DNA of 64,000 bases, from assembly GCA_965203485.1 (NCBI GenBank), contig OZ241892.1, positions 608,001 to 672,000 of the forward strand. The letters run 5' to 3'. The stretch is from Longimicrobiales bacterium (GTDB lineage: Bacteria > Gemmatimonadota > Gemmatimonadetes > Longimicrobiales > Gaopeijiaceae). Below the pieces are notes generated by a model, which worked only from the letters and a program-made list of their open reading frames with translations, ran no database searches and was not told the DNA's origin. Shown in pieces: positions 9,564 to 18,485 of the stretch. The position numbers and the translations under genes were made by a program. The stretch's first letter is position 1, and each line of letters starts with the position of its first letter.

Positions 9564-10180
9564 ATGTTCTGCATGTCGTACCATGTCGAGCTCATCACGC
9601 CGCAAGGCGTCAGTCGTGGTACGATCGGCGTCGGTGACATGTCGGCGAACGAAGGGAAAGGCGTTCCTGCCGTTCGCGCGATTGCCGAGGGATCGGGGCC
9701 CGCCCGCGTCCATCCACTCATGTTGCATGTGCGTCCGGTATGCGACGGCGTGGCACAGGCCAGGGAGGACGTGGGCTGGATGCTGGAGGCCGGCGTTGCG
9801 GGCATCGTCTTCCCGCGTGTCGAGTCGGCGACGAACGCGGCGGTTGCGGTGCCGGTCATGGGCGAGGCGTCCTGGCCGGTCCTCCCGAACATGTTGATGG
9901 CGGAGGCCCGGGCCGGGGTGGAGCGGGTGGGAGAGACGGCGAACACGGCGGGCGCCAGCGCGCCTTCTGTCGGGCCGGGCGACCTCCGTCACCCCACTCC
10001 CCGGACGCGGCGGCCGTCGCAGACGCTGTTGAAGGTGCTCCGGCCCTGCGGGGACCATGGCGCGGCCTGCGGAATCATCGCCGGAGGCGACGACATCGAA
10101 GACCGGATTGCCCAAGGCTGTTGCGTCTTCGTCGTGGGCGATCCGGCCGCAGTCGTGGACATGCGCGGCTGGGGACCAGG
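9564..10180 (+). pseudogene. Degenerate HpcH/HpaI aldolase-family fragment
   Basis: LEAGVAGIVFPRVES, MAE and VGPGDL motifs. No convincing N-terminus, and the ORF runs on into the next gene (to 10364). Confidence 0.45.
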
Positions 10181-10275
10181 AACTGAAGGCCATCGAGTCC
10201 GTGACGGCAATCTAGGTGATGGCGTTACCTTCTGTGCGCGCCCCTCTTCCCTACCTTCGTCGTCGCGATTCCCGA

Positions 10276-10809
10276 ATGCGACCTCCCCTGCCGATCCACA
10301 GCATGTCGGACCGACATCCCGGCCTCACGCCGGAGCTTGCAGCCCATTACACCCAGGCCGCTGAAGTGTGCCTCGACCGCCACCACGTTCCGCCGGTGGA
10401 CTTCGATATCCAGGACTCCTCCGAGCGACATGTCGCCAGCCTGGCCTGGGTCCCCACCGACAAGAGAACTCGAGTCGCTTGGGCCAACGCGATCGATACC
10501 ACGGAGGCAGGCGCTTACGCATGCGCCCTGGCCGCCGTCGAACTCCGTCACGGTCTTGTAGCGGTGAGCCGTGCGGAAACGGGCACGGGAGCGGATTTCT
10601 ATGTTGATCGTCCTGGAGCATCAGCTTCCGATCTTGATCATCGAGTTCGCGTAGAGATATCGGGCACTGATCGAGGCTCCTCGGCCATGGCCAAGCGGCG
10701 ACTCAGGGCCAAGCTCGGTCAAGCAACCGCTGGTGACAGCTCCCTGCCGGCGATCGCCGCAGTAGTGGCGTTTCGAGTGCGCCAAATACTCATCGGAGAA
10801 TCGGGGCGC
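10276..10809 (+). CDS. Hypothetical protein, PD-(D/E)xK-nuclease-like; native last 4 codons displaced by IS3
   Basis: TTEAGAY...GTGADFY...RVEISG pattern. Now reads through into the IS to 10962. Original tail HDVA* lies at 12159-12173. Confidence 0.6.
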
Positions 10810-10867
10810 TGGAGTTGCCCCGGCATGGTGGACACGTTCAATCTTTCGGGACGAGGAGGAGTCCACG

Positions 10868-11182
10868 ATGCCGAAGAAACGCAAGCAGTACCCGCTGGAG
10901 TACCGGCGGCGAATGGTGGATCTGGCGCGTTCGGGCCGGTCGCCGGAGGCGCTGGCGCGTGAGTTCGAGCCGTCGGCGCCGACGATCCGCAACTGGGTCG
11001 AGCAGGCCGATCTCGACGAGGGCCGTCGCGACGACGGGACGACGACGCGCGAGCGGGACGAGTTGCGCCGCCTGAAGCGGGAGAACAAGCAGTTGCGCCT
11101 CGAGCGCGACATTCTAAAAAAAGCCGCGGCCTGGTTCGCTCGGGAGAGCGGCTCGATTCCCGGAGAGGGTTCGAGTTCGTGA
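10868..11182 (+). CDS. IS3 transposase OrfA (HTH)
   Basis: YPLEYRRRMV...LAREFE...TIRNWV...ELRRLKRENKQLRLERDILKKAAAWFA. GAGGAG RBS. Confidence 0.93.
   Translation: MPKKRKQYPLEYRRRMVDLARSGRSPEALAREFEPSAPTIRNWVEQADLDEGRRDDGTTTRERDELRRLKRENKQLRLERDILKKAAAWFARESGSIPGEGSSS
11116..11123 (+). other. -1 programmed frameshift site (A7G) producing OrfAB
   Basis: AAAAAAAG at the LKKA codons near the orfA end, the usual IS3-family position. Confidence 0.8.
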
Positions 11183-12027
11183 AAGCGCACCGGGCCGTGT
11201 TTCCCGTGCGCGCGATGTGCCGCGTCCTCGGTCTCTCCCCGAGCGGCTTCTATGCATGGCTGAAGCGTCCCCGATCGGCGAGCGCGTTGCGCGACGACGC
11301 GTTGCGCGTCTTGGTGCGCCGCAGCTGGGAAGCGAGCCGGCGGACGTACGGGCGACCGCGCATCCACGCCGATCTCGCGGCCTGGGGCGAGCGCGTCGGT
11401 CCGAAGCGCGTCGCCCGCCTCATGCGCGAGGAGGGCATCGAAGGCGCGAGCCGCAGGCGCCGCAAGGTGGCGCTGACGGTGCGCGACGCCCACGCGCGCC
11501 CGGCTCCGGACTTGGTCGAGCGCGACTTCAGCGCCGAAGGCCCCGACCAGCTCTGGGTCGCCGACATCACGTACGTGCCGGCCGGGGCCGGATGGCTCTA
11601 CCTGGCGGTCGTCGTCGACGCCTGGAGCCGCCGCGTCGTCGGCTGGGCCATGGAGACGCACCTGCGCGGCGAACTCGTCGAGCGCGCGCTCGCCATGGCC
11701 GTCGAGAACCGCAGTCCAGAGACCGTGATCCATCACTCGGACCAGGGGTCGCAGTACACGTCCTGGGCGTTCGGCGAGCGGTGCAGGAAGGCCGGCGTGC
11801 GTCGCTCGACGGGCTCGGTGGGCGACGCCTACGACAACGCGATGTGCGAGAGCTTCTTCGCCACGTTGGAATGCGAGTTGCTGGACCGTTGCCAGTTCAC
11901 AAGTCCGGCCGAAGCCCGGCGCGCCGTCTTCGCCTTCATCGAAGGCTTCTACAACTCGCGGCGCCGACACTCGGCGCTCGGCTACGAATCCCCCGCCGGC
12001 TTCGAGCGCAAGCGTGCGGTCGCGTAA
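11179..12027 (+). CDS. IS3 transposase OrfB (DDE/rve)
   Basis: WVADITY, HHSDQGSQY, DNAMCESFF, FYNSRRRHSALGYESP. Confidence 0.95.
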   Translation: MKAHRAVFPVRAMCRVLGLSPSGFYAWLKRPRSASALRDDALRVLVRRSWEASRRTYGRPRIHADLAAWGERVGPKRVARLMREEGIEGASRRRRKVALTVRDAHARPAPDLVERDFSAEGPDQLWVADITYVPAGAGWLYLAVVVDAWSRRVVGWAMETHLRGELVERALAMAVENRSPETVIHHSDQGSQYTSWAFGERCRKAGVRRSTGSVGDAYDNAMCESFFATLECELLDRCQFTSPAEARRAVFAFIEGFYNSRRRHSALGYESPAGFERKRAVA

Positions 12028-12159
12028 AGTGCACCGACCCCCTCGACACGAGACCGTTCGGCGCCCTTGCGCCTCCGTCCTTCCTAAAGTCATGTTTCAC
12101 ATTGCACCATCTGAACCCAAGATCCTTGCCCGTCCACCATACCGGGGCAACTCCACGCC

Positions 12160-13293
12160 ATGACGTGGCTTGAGCATCACCGGAAAAGCGAAGAACTCGC
12201 ATCCGGCGCCGATGTGGCCAGACTAAAGGGCGATACGGAAGAAGCCAAGCGTTTGTACGGAAGAGCAGCCGACGCGGAGGTGCGCGCCATTGAAGTGCTC
12301 GATCCTTCGAAGCGGCGCACTCTTGGGATAACTGCTGTTAGTGCTGTAGCCCTTCACTACAAAGCTGCGAATCTCCTACTAGCGGAGAAAACAGCGTACC
12401 GTCTCCTCAATCTCGACGATCTGCCCGGTTTTGCTCGCATGCAAATTCGCGACTTGCTTCACGCGATATGGGCCGACCAACACGATAAGTCAGAAGTAGA
12501 AGATTTTCTTTCTGATCAAGTCAATGTGGCCATGTTGGGCGACGACATCCTGATGGGCGGCGCTCCGATCGATGTCGTGTTGCGTTGTGTCAGGATAGTG
12601 CAGTCCATGTTGTATCGCGTTACCGAATTCATACAGGGTATCGATCATCGGGCAGCTGGCCAACCCAGCTCGTCAGTTCGTTCGGCTTGCCGTCCCTGGA
12701 TAATGCATGTTCCGACTGCCGATTACCAGTTTGCAGTAACCATCGACGATACCGTTGGCCAGCTGGATCTATTTGGCGACAGCGGTCCCCGCCGAATCGT
12801 CGACAACTTCATTGCCATCTTGCGAGCGAGCGTCGATTCGCCCGAAGAGGAATTGCGTTCGGTTGTTCCGGCCTATGACTATCAACACACCTTTCTTGGT
12901 TTGACGCGCCAGCTGTCTCCTGATGAATCTCATCGTCTCAGCGTATGGTCTCCTCGCCATCCCAAACACATTAGCCTCGACCACTCGACGCGAACACGCA
13001 TCAGGGCCGCGATGAAGAACGCGACCCCGCAACCAACAGGCCCTCAAGCAGTTAAGGGCGTATTGCGAGCGGTCGATCTTGATCGCGGTCGCATTGTGGT
13101 GAGAGATCGACACGGCAAGTACAATGTGGACGGCATCGACGACACTATGGACGATGTAATCGGAACTATGATTAACCGCCAAGTGACCGTAAGCACCGAA
13201 CCAACGTCTGCTTCCAAGTTGCTGTACAAGACAATAGAGGTTTCCGACAACAAGGAAGCTGCTACCGACGAAGAGACGTTGAATCTTTTCTGA
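12160..13293 (+). CDS. Hypothetical protein (helical TPR-like N-terminus, beta-rich C-terminus)
   Basis: 377-aa ORF with visibly lower GC than the flanks. Originally overlapped the 3' end of the upstream nuclease-like gene. Confidence 0.75.
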   Translation: MTWLEHHRKSEELASGADVARLKGDTEEAKRLYGRAADAEVRAIEVLDPSKRRTLGITAVSAVALHYKAANLLLAEKTAYRLLNLDDLPGFARMQIRDLLHAIWADQHDKSEVEDFLSDQVNVAMLGDDILMGGAPIDVVLRCVRIVQSMLYRVTEFIQGIDHRAAGQPSSSVRSACRPWIMHVPTADYQFAVTIDDTVGQLDLFGDSGPRRIVDNFIAILRASVDSPEEELRSVVPAYDYQHTFLGLTRQLSPDESHRLSVWSPRHPKHISLDHSTRTRIRAAMKNATPQPTGPQAVKGVLRAVDLDRGRIVVRDRHGKYNVDGIDDTMDDVIGTMINRQVTVSTEPTSASKLLYKTIEVSDNKEAATDEETLNLF

Positions 13294-13623
13294 TTGTCAA
13301 CTCGGAAAGGCGCGGAGCTGGATGGCGGTTGCAGGGAGGCGATCGGCGACGAGCTAGCACGGTGGTCGGTCATCGATGACTGGTCCTGGCCGGGCAACCC
13401 GGCGTTGTCGAGCGCCACCGGGACCAAGGGAGCCGACAGACGTGAAGCTAAACCCGGCATAGGCGCAGGGCAGACGCAACTAATGCGTCTTGCAACACAT
13501 CATTTGGGCGCGAATGATTGAGGTCGGCAACTCCTCATGGCACCGGACGAAGTGACGACCAAGGCCGGAAGACTCCGGGCCGTCAGGCGTCCATATCGCG
13601 TTCTTTCGGAGCATCGTTGTCGC

Positions 13624-13989
13624 TCAACCGTCCAGCTCCAGCGACAGGCGTCTGAGTGACCGCAAGAGGATGGGAACGTCGTTGTGCACGGCGTGCCATA
13701 CGATGTCGTCGTCTAGGCCGAGATACCCGTGTGCCAGCTGATTGCGCATTCCGATGATGTCCCGCCATGGAACTGGGACGGCGGCTTCGCGAACCGAAGC
13801 AGGGACGTACCGGGCCGCTTCGCCGAGTAGCTCTAGGTTCCGCAAGGTCGCGTCGTACGTGCGCCTGTCGTCGAGGAAGGACTGTTGGTCGGTAATGCTG
13901 GACGTGTAGTACATGATCTTCTCGCAAAAGCCGATCATGTCATTCAGGTAGCATCGCCAATGCCGGGGTGGGTGCTCGTGCTCAGACAC
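13624..13989 (-). CDS. hepT: HEPN (DUF86/HepT-like) ribonuclease toxin
   Basis: DATLRNLELLGEAA, VPWRDIIGMRNQLAHGY (Rx4HxY). GTG start overlaps the MNT gene end. Confidence 0.9.
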   Translation of the reverse strand: MSEHEHPPRHWRCYLNDMIGFCEKIMYYTSSITDQQSFLDDRRTYDATLRNLELLGEAARYVPASVREAAVPVPWRDIIGMRNQLAHGYLGLDDDIVWHAVHNDVPILLRSLRRLSLELDG

Positions 13990-14302
13990 GGATTGCTTCG
14001 GCCTCCACGTATGGGCGGAACTCGGGGCGTAACGCTTTGTCCGTGACGAGGTCCACGCGCCGGCCCAGGAGATCCTCCAGGTATGCCTGGGTTCCGAAGA
14101 ACCATCGTGGCGTCGCCGGGGCGTTGAACCAGACGAGGATGTCGACGTCGCTGTCCTCGTTGGCTTGGTCGCGACCGAAGGATCCGAAGAGGGCAAGGTC
14201 CTCGACGCGGAATCGGCGAGCCAGTTCGGCCTTGTGGGCGCGCAGGACTTCCAAGACGCGTTCCCGGGTCAGCCTGACGTGGATCGCGGACGTGGTGCTC
14301 AC
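13982..14302 (-). CDS. mntA: Minimal nucleotidyltransferase antitoxin (MntA-like)
   Basis: LFGSFGRDQANEDSDVDILV (GSx10DxD), LEDLLGRRVDLVT. GTGA overlap with the mod stop. Confidence 0.9.
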   Translation of the reverse strand: MSTTSAIHVRLTRERVLEVLRAHKAELARRFRVEDLALFGSFGRDQANEDSDVDILVWFNAPATPRWFFGTQAYLEDLLGRRVDLVTDKALRPEFRPYVEAEAIRV

Positions 14303-17279
14303 GCCCGAAACACCTTCATGACTTCGTCGCCCAGGTGGTTGATCACCTTGACCGCGATGCGGCCCGACTTCGGACGGTCGAAAGCCCGGGACGTGTCGCT
14401 CCTCAGCGTAGCCCACGCTTCGGAGTCGATCTCGGCGTTAAGGGTCGTCCTCAGGGCCTTATAGGGGTCGCCGGCGCCCAGGAAGTAAGCGTGGCGCACG
14501 AAGAAGCTCTCCTCGTTGTAGTCCGTGTCGATGAACCAGCAGGCGATGCCGTCGGCGCCGTCGCTGCGTATCTCGCCGCTGCCCGGATGGAAGACGTCCA
14601 CGCCGCGAATCTTGACCCGGATGCGATCGTCGTCCGAGGCGCCGTCGCCGCCGGGCAACATTTCGATGTCGGGCTCCCCGAATACCACGAACAGGTTGCC
14701 CTTGCCCGTGTTTTTGAGGTCCTTGGCCATGTGAAGGTCGGCGTTCATCCGCGCCTTCAGCACCGGAATGCGTCCCAGCTTGTTGAACTCGGCGGCGTGG
14801 GGCTCGTAGTTGAAGGCGCACGTGACCAGCACGTCGAATCCCGCTTCGGCGGCCTCTCGCGCCGCAGCCGCCAAGTCGGGCCGCGCGACCGTCCCGAACT
14901 CGGGCCCTACGAAGACCGCCGCTCGCTGCTCGGTCTGCGACCGGCCGCCTTCCTTGACGAACCGGCCATCCGCGCACACCAGGTCGCCCGGCCACGCCGT
15001 CAACGAAGAAAACGCGATCTTGTCTTCCTTGTGGGCCTGTTGAACCCCGGCCGTCCGCAGGTTGTCGAGCACGACCGAAACGAAGTCCCGCTTGCGACCG
15101 TAGCCGAGCTTGGGCTCGGCCACCGCGTCCACGAGATCGTCGTTCTCGTCCACGCCCAATTCCCGATGGGGCGACAGGCTCTCCACCGTGAACGGACCGG
15201 ACACGCGAACCTTGCGCTTGTCCTCGCAGGGCTTGTCGTACAGGTGCTCGTAGTTGGCTTTCGCGTCGATGGACGCGTCGATCTCCTTCTGCCGGGCGAT
15301 CCGGCGCTTCCACCACTCGGCATGAAGCACCCGGTGCTTCTCCTCCGACCAGGGATCCGCGGGCCGCTCGGGCAAGGATTCCAGCGTGTATTTCCGTCCC
15401 AGGACCGTGTTCAGTTCGTCGAGAAGCCGACGAACGCTGGCGGTGTTGGGCTTCTTTCTGTCATTCTCCTTCTTGAGACGAGCGAAGAGCGTGGAAGCCC
15501 GTGTCTCCCACGGCTCTTCTGCGTAGTGTGGGACCTCCCATTCCTCCCACTCCTCGCAACGCGCCTCGTTGACGCGAGTTCGAAGCCGGTCCAACGCGGG
15601 CCGATGCTCCTCCCATATCTCGTCGATCTCGGCGTTGTTCGCGATGGACTTGAGCGTGATGTGCGGCACGCGCTCGTACACGAAGCCTTGGCGGATGTCG
15701 CCGTACGTTGCCTTGCCTTCATCGGGCGGCGTCCGGGCTAGCTGCGCTTCCTTCTCCAGCCCGTCTTTCGAGTCCGCAAGCAAGTAGTACGGGTAGCGAG
15801 CCCCCATCACCCGGGCTCGGGCCAAGGCAAGAGCGACCCGGGATGTGTCGATGGTGATCCAGCGACGGCCCCATTGTTCGGCGACGTAGGCGGTGGTGCC
15901 GGAGCCGCAGGTGGGATCGAGGACGAGGTCGCCGGGGTCGGTGGTCATGAGGATGCAACGTTGAATTACGCGTCGGCTCGTTTGGACAACGTATGACTTT
16001 ATTACTTCCGGGCCCGTGTCGGTCCACAGATTGGCCATTTCGGATGCAGGATAGTCATCGTGGTAGTAAATTGCCTGTAGTGCAGTTCTGTCTGGATGAA
16101 TCCGGTTTGCCGCGAGCAGGCGTTGGAAGCCACCTGGCGAATACCGCCAATGAGAAGTTGGCGGTATTCGCCAGGTGGCTCCAAAAGCCGAGCGCGGCTC
16201 GTGATCACCGGCTGCCATGGAGTGCAGAGGCAACTTTCGGTACGCTCTTGCATTGGCAGGGATCTTGGATGTATCGTTCTTTTCATTCGTTGTCATCGAG
16301 CGACGGGTACCGTTCGCTTCTTGGATTTGGTTGTACATGCGCGTTTCAATGTCCCGTTCTCGAAGCAGACGTCGAAACTTGGCCGCTTCCGCGTCCTTGG
16401 AGTACCAGAGCAAGTGATCAGCGATTGCCTTTACAGAACGTTCCTTCGTTGTGCCGCTACTGACCCGGCACGCAATCTGGCTGACAAAATTCTCTTCTCC
16501 CAAGACCTCGTCCATCAACGTGCGCACACGGTGCACGTTCTCGTCTCCGATCTGCACGAAGATCGATCCGCTGTCGGTCAACAGGTCACGGGCGACCATG
16601 AGCCGGTCCCGCAGGTACGTCAGATACGAGTGAATGCCATCCCGCCACGTATCCCGAAACGCCTTCACCTGTTCCGGTTCTCGGGTGATGTGCTCGGGCC
16701 TGCCGTCGCGAACATCTCGGCTGGTGGTGGACCACTGAAAGTTCGAGTTGAACTTGATGCCGTAGGGCGGGTCCATGTAGATGCACTGGACTTTGCCGCG
16801 CAGGCCTTCGCGCTCGGCCAATGACGCCATGACCTGGAGGCTGTCCCCAAGGATCATCCGGTTGGACCAGTTGGCGTCGTGCTGGTAGAATTCGGTCTTG
16901 GCGTCGCCCTCGGGTAGGCCGTTGAAGTCGGCGAAGAGGCTTGGGTGCTGGTCGTTGCCCCCCCTCCCCCCCCCCCCCCCCCCCCCCCCTTCCCAACTTG
17001 GCTTTGCCGAAGAAGGTCGTCGATCAGAGCCTTCGGATGAACCTTTTCCTGGATGAACAGCGGCGGGGCGGGCACGACCAAGTCGGACCAGTCCTGCATG
17101 TCCTTGCCGCGCCACACAAGCTGGGGGTCGAGGTCGGGGTTGCGGCGCTCGTAGGCGACTTGGACAGCCGTACGGTCGCCTTCGGACATGACGGGCTGGT
17201 GCTCGGCCGTCGGGATGTTCTTGCGGGACGCCTCGTCGTGGGTGAGGGTCTCGACCTGCTTGCGGGACCTTGTTGCCAT
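14299..17279 (-). CDS. mod: Type III R-M DNA methyltransferase (Mod), out of frame at a poly-G tract as sequenced
   Basis: N-terminus in ORF 16854..17279 (DPQLVWRGKD, IQEKVHP); remainder in frame 14299..17115 with DPPY and VLDPTCGSGTT (beta-class order). The frames switch at 16958-16989. Confidence 0.9.
16958..16989 (-). repeat. Homopolymer tract G24-A-G7 on the mod coding strand
   Basis: Plus strand shows C7 (16958-16964), T, C24 (16966-16989). Confidence 0.9.
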
Positions 17280-17798
17280 TTAGTCGACCGTCGGTGGTCC
17301 CGGAGCGCCAATCAGTGAGCGGGCGCGTAGCGTCGTCGGATCGGAGTTGTCCGCGGCTGCGTGGTTCCGCTCTCGCTTATGACGCATAAAGACCGCGACG
17401 AGAACGGCCAAGGCTGATAGGGCCGCAGCAGAGGCTCCCGGAAGAGGCTTGTCGAAGGCGATGAGGACCGTGGCAGACGAGAAGCCCAATAACGCAAGAC
17501 AGAATCCGAATATCTGACCTCGGGACTCCACGCGGAGACCGCAGTCCACGGTCTGGGCTTCCACTTGCCGCCGATGCTTGGCCTGCTCTTCGGCCATGGA
17601 GAGGATTCGATCAAACGCCCCGGGCAGGACCTGTTCGTACATCGCTACCTCGTCGGCAGCAGGGAGAGGGCCAGAGCGAAAGGTGGCAACGACGGCGCGT
17701 TCGGATCCGACGCCTTCACCGTCGAGATGAGACGGTTGGACGACAGGCGCGTCTTTCGTTTGAGCAACCTGCCTTTGGTCGGCCGTTTTCTTACTCAC
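17280..17798 (-). CDS. DUF2335-family membrane protein
   Basis: SGPLPAADEVAMYEQVLPGAFDRILSMAEEQAKHR followed by two TM segments. Its TAA abuts the mod ATG. Confidence 0.8.
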   Translation of the reverse strand: MSKKTADQRQVAQTKDAPVVQPSHLDGEGVGSERAVVATFRSGPLPAADEVAMYEQVLPGAFDRILSMAEEQAKHRRQVEAQTVDCGLRVESRGQIFGFCLALLGFSSATVLIAFDKPLPGASAAALSALAVLVAVFMRHKRERNHAAADNSDPTTLRARSLIGAPGPPTVD

Positions 17799-17816
17799 GA
17801 TGCTTGGCCTGACTGC

Positions 17817-18485
17817 TCATCTCGCAGACATCGCCGCCTCGATGTCTTCGCCGACGGTGCGCCAGTCGTCGTAAGTAGCCAGCGCGTCTGCCGTTTCGCC
17901 GTCGAGTATGGCTCGGGGTTTGTTCAAAGCGCCGAAGAAATCGAGCACCCGGCCCATCCCGGAAATGAACGAAGGCTTCGGGTAGTTGAATGTCGAACGC
18001 CCATGCGGCTTGGGCGCCAAGGGTAGCAAACTGTTCACAGCCATATCTGGGTACTGCCCATAGATCCCAGCCAGCATGGATCGAAAAGGCGTCGTCAGGA
18101 TCCACTTGGCAGCCCTCTTCATGTACTTCGATGCGCCTTCCGGCATCTGTTCCAAGACGCGCGCCCCGACTGCAACACCAGAATCTGTGAGGACAGCGAG
18201 CGGGCATCGGAAGGTCGTGTCGACCGACACGTCGCCGGAGTCGATCAGCGCGTGGACTTCGGCGTAGACGGCTTCGTCGAAAGGACCGAAGTGATGCGGC
18301 TTGTAGTGGAAGCGTGGGCCCCCGATCAGGTGCGGTATCTCCCTGTCGACCAGGAAGAAGAGCTTCTGGAGGCGCACTGCGTCGAACGCGGCGCCATGCC
18401 CGCCGGCGGCCATGCCTGCCAATACCGTTCGACGGCGGGAAGGCCCCATGGCGCCGTCGGGGCCGCCCGACACTCTCGACTTCAT
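17817..18485 (-). CDS. Panacea/SocA (DUF4065)-like domain fused to a small C-terminal domain
   Basis: LQKLFFL...YKPHHFGPFDEAVY motif, and C-terminal PSFISGMGRVLDFFG...ADALATYDDWRTVGEDI. ATGA overlap with the res stop. Confidence 0.6.
   Translation of the reverse strand: MKSRVSGGPDGAMGPSRRRTVLAGMAAGGHGAAFDAVRLQKLFFLVDREIPHLIGGPRFHYKPHHFGPFDEAVYAEVHALIDSGDVSVDTTFRCPLAVLTDSGVAVGARVLEQMPEGASKYMKRAAKWILTTPFRSMLAGIYGQYPDMAVNSLLPLAPKPHGRSTFNYPKPSFISGMGRVLDFFGALNKPRAILDGETADALATYDDWRTVGEDIEAAMSAR

Larger units (their letters stand above)
10810..12155 (+). mobile_element. IS3-family insertion sequence, apparently intact
   Basis: 24-bp terminal IRs (TGGAGTTGCCCCGGCATGGTGGAC at 10810; reverse complement at 12132-12155, one mismatch), TG...CA ends, 3-bp CGC target duplication (10807-10809 and 12156-12158), orfA/orfB. 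Confidence 0.96.

Noticed and set aside
13294..13620. Small ORFs and short palindromes between the 377-aa gene and hepT
   Set aside because: No recognisable motifs, RBS or U-tailed terminator. Treated as intergenic.
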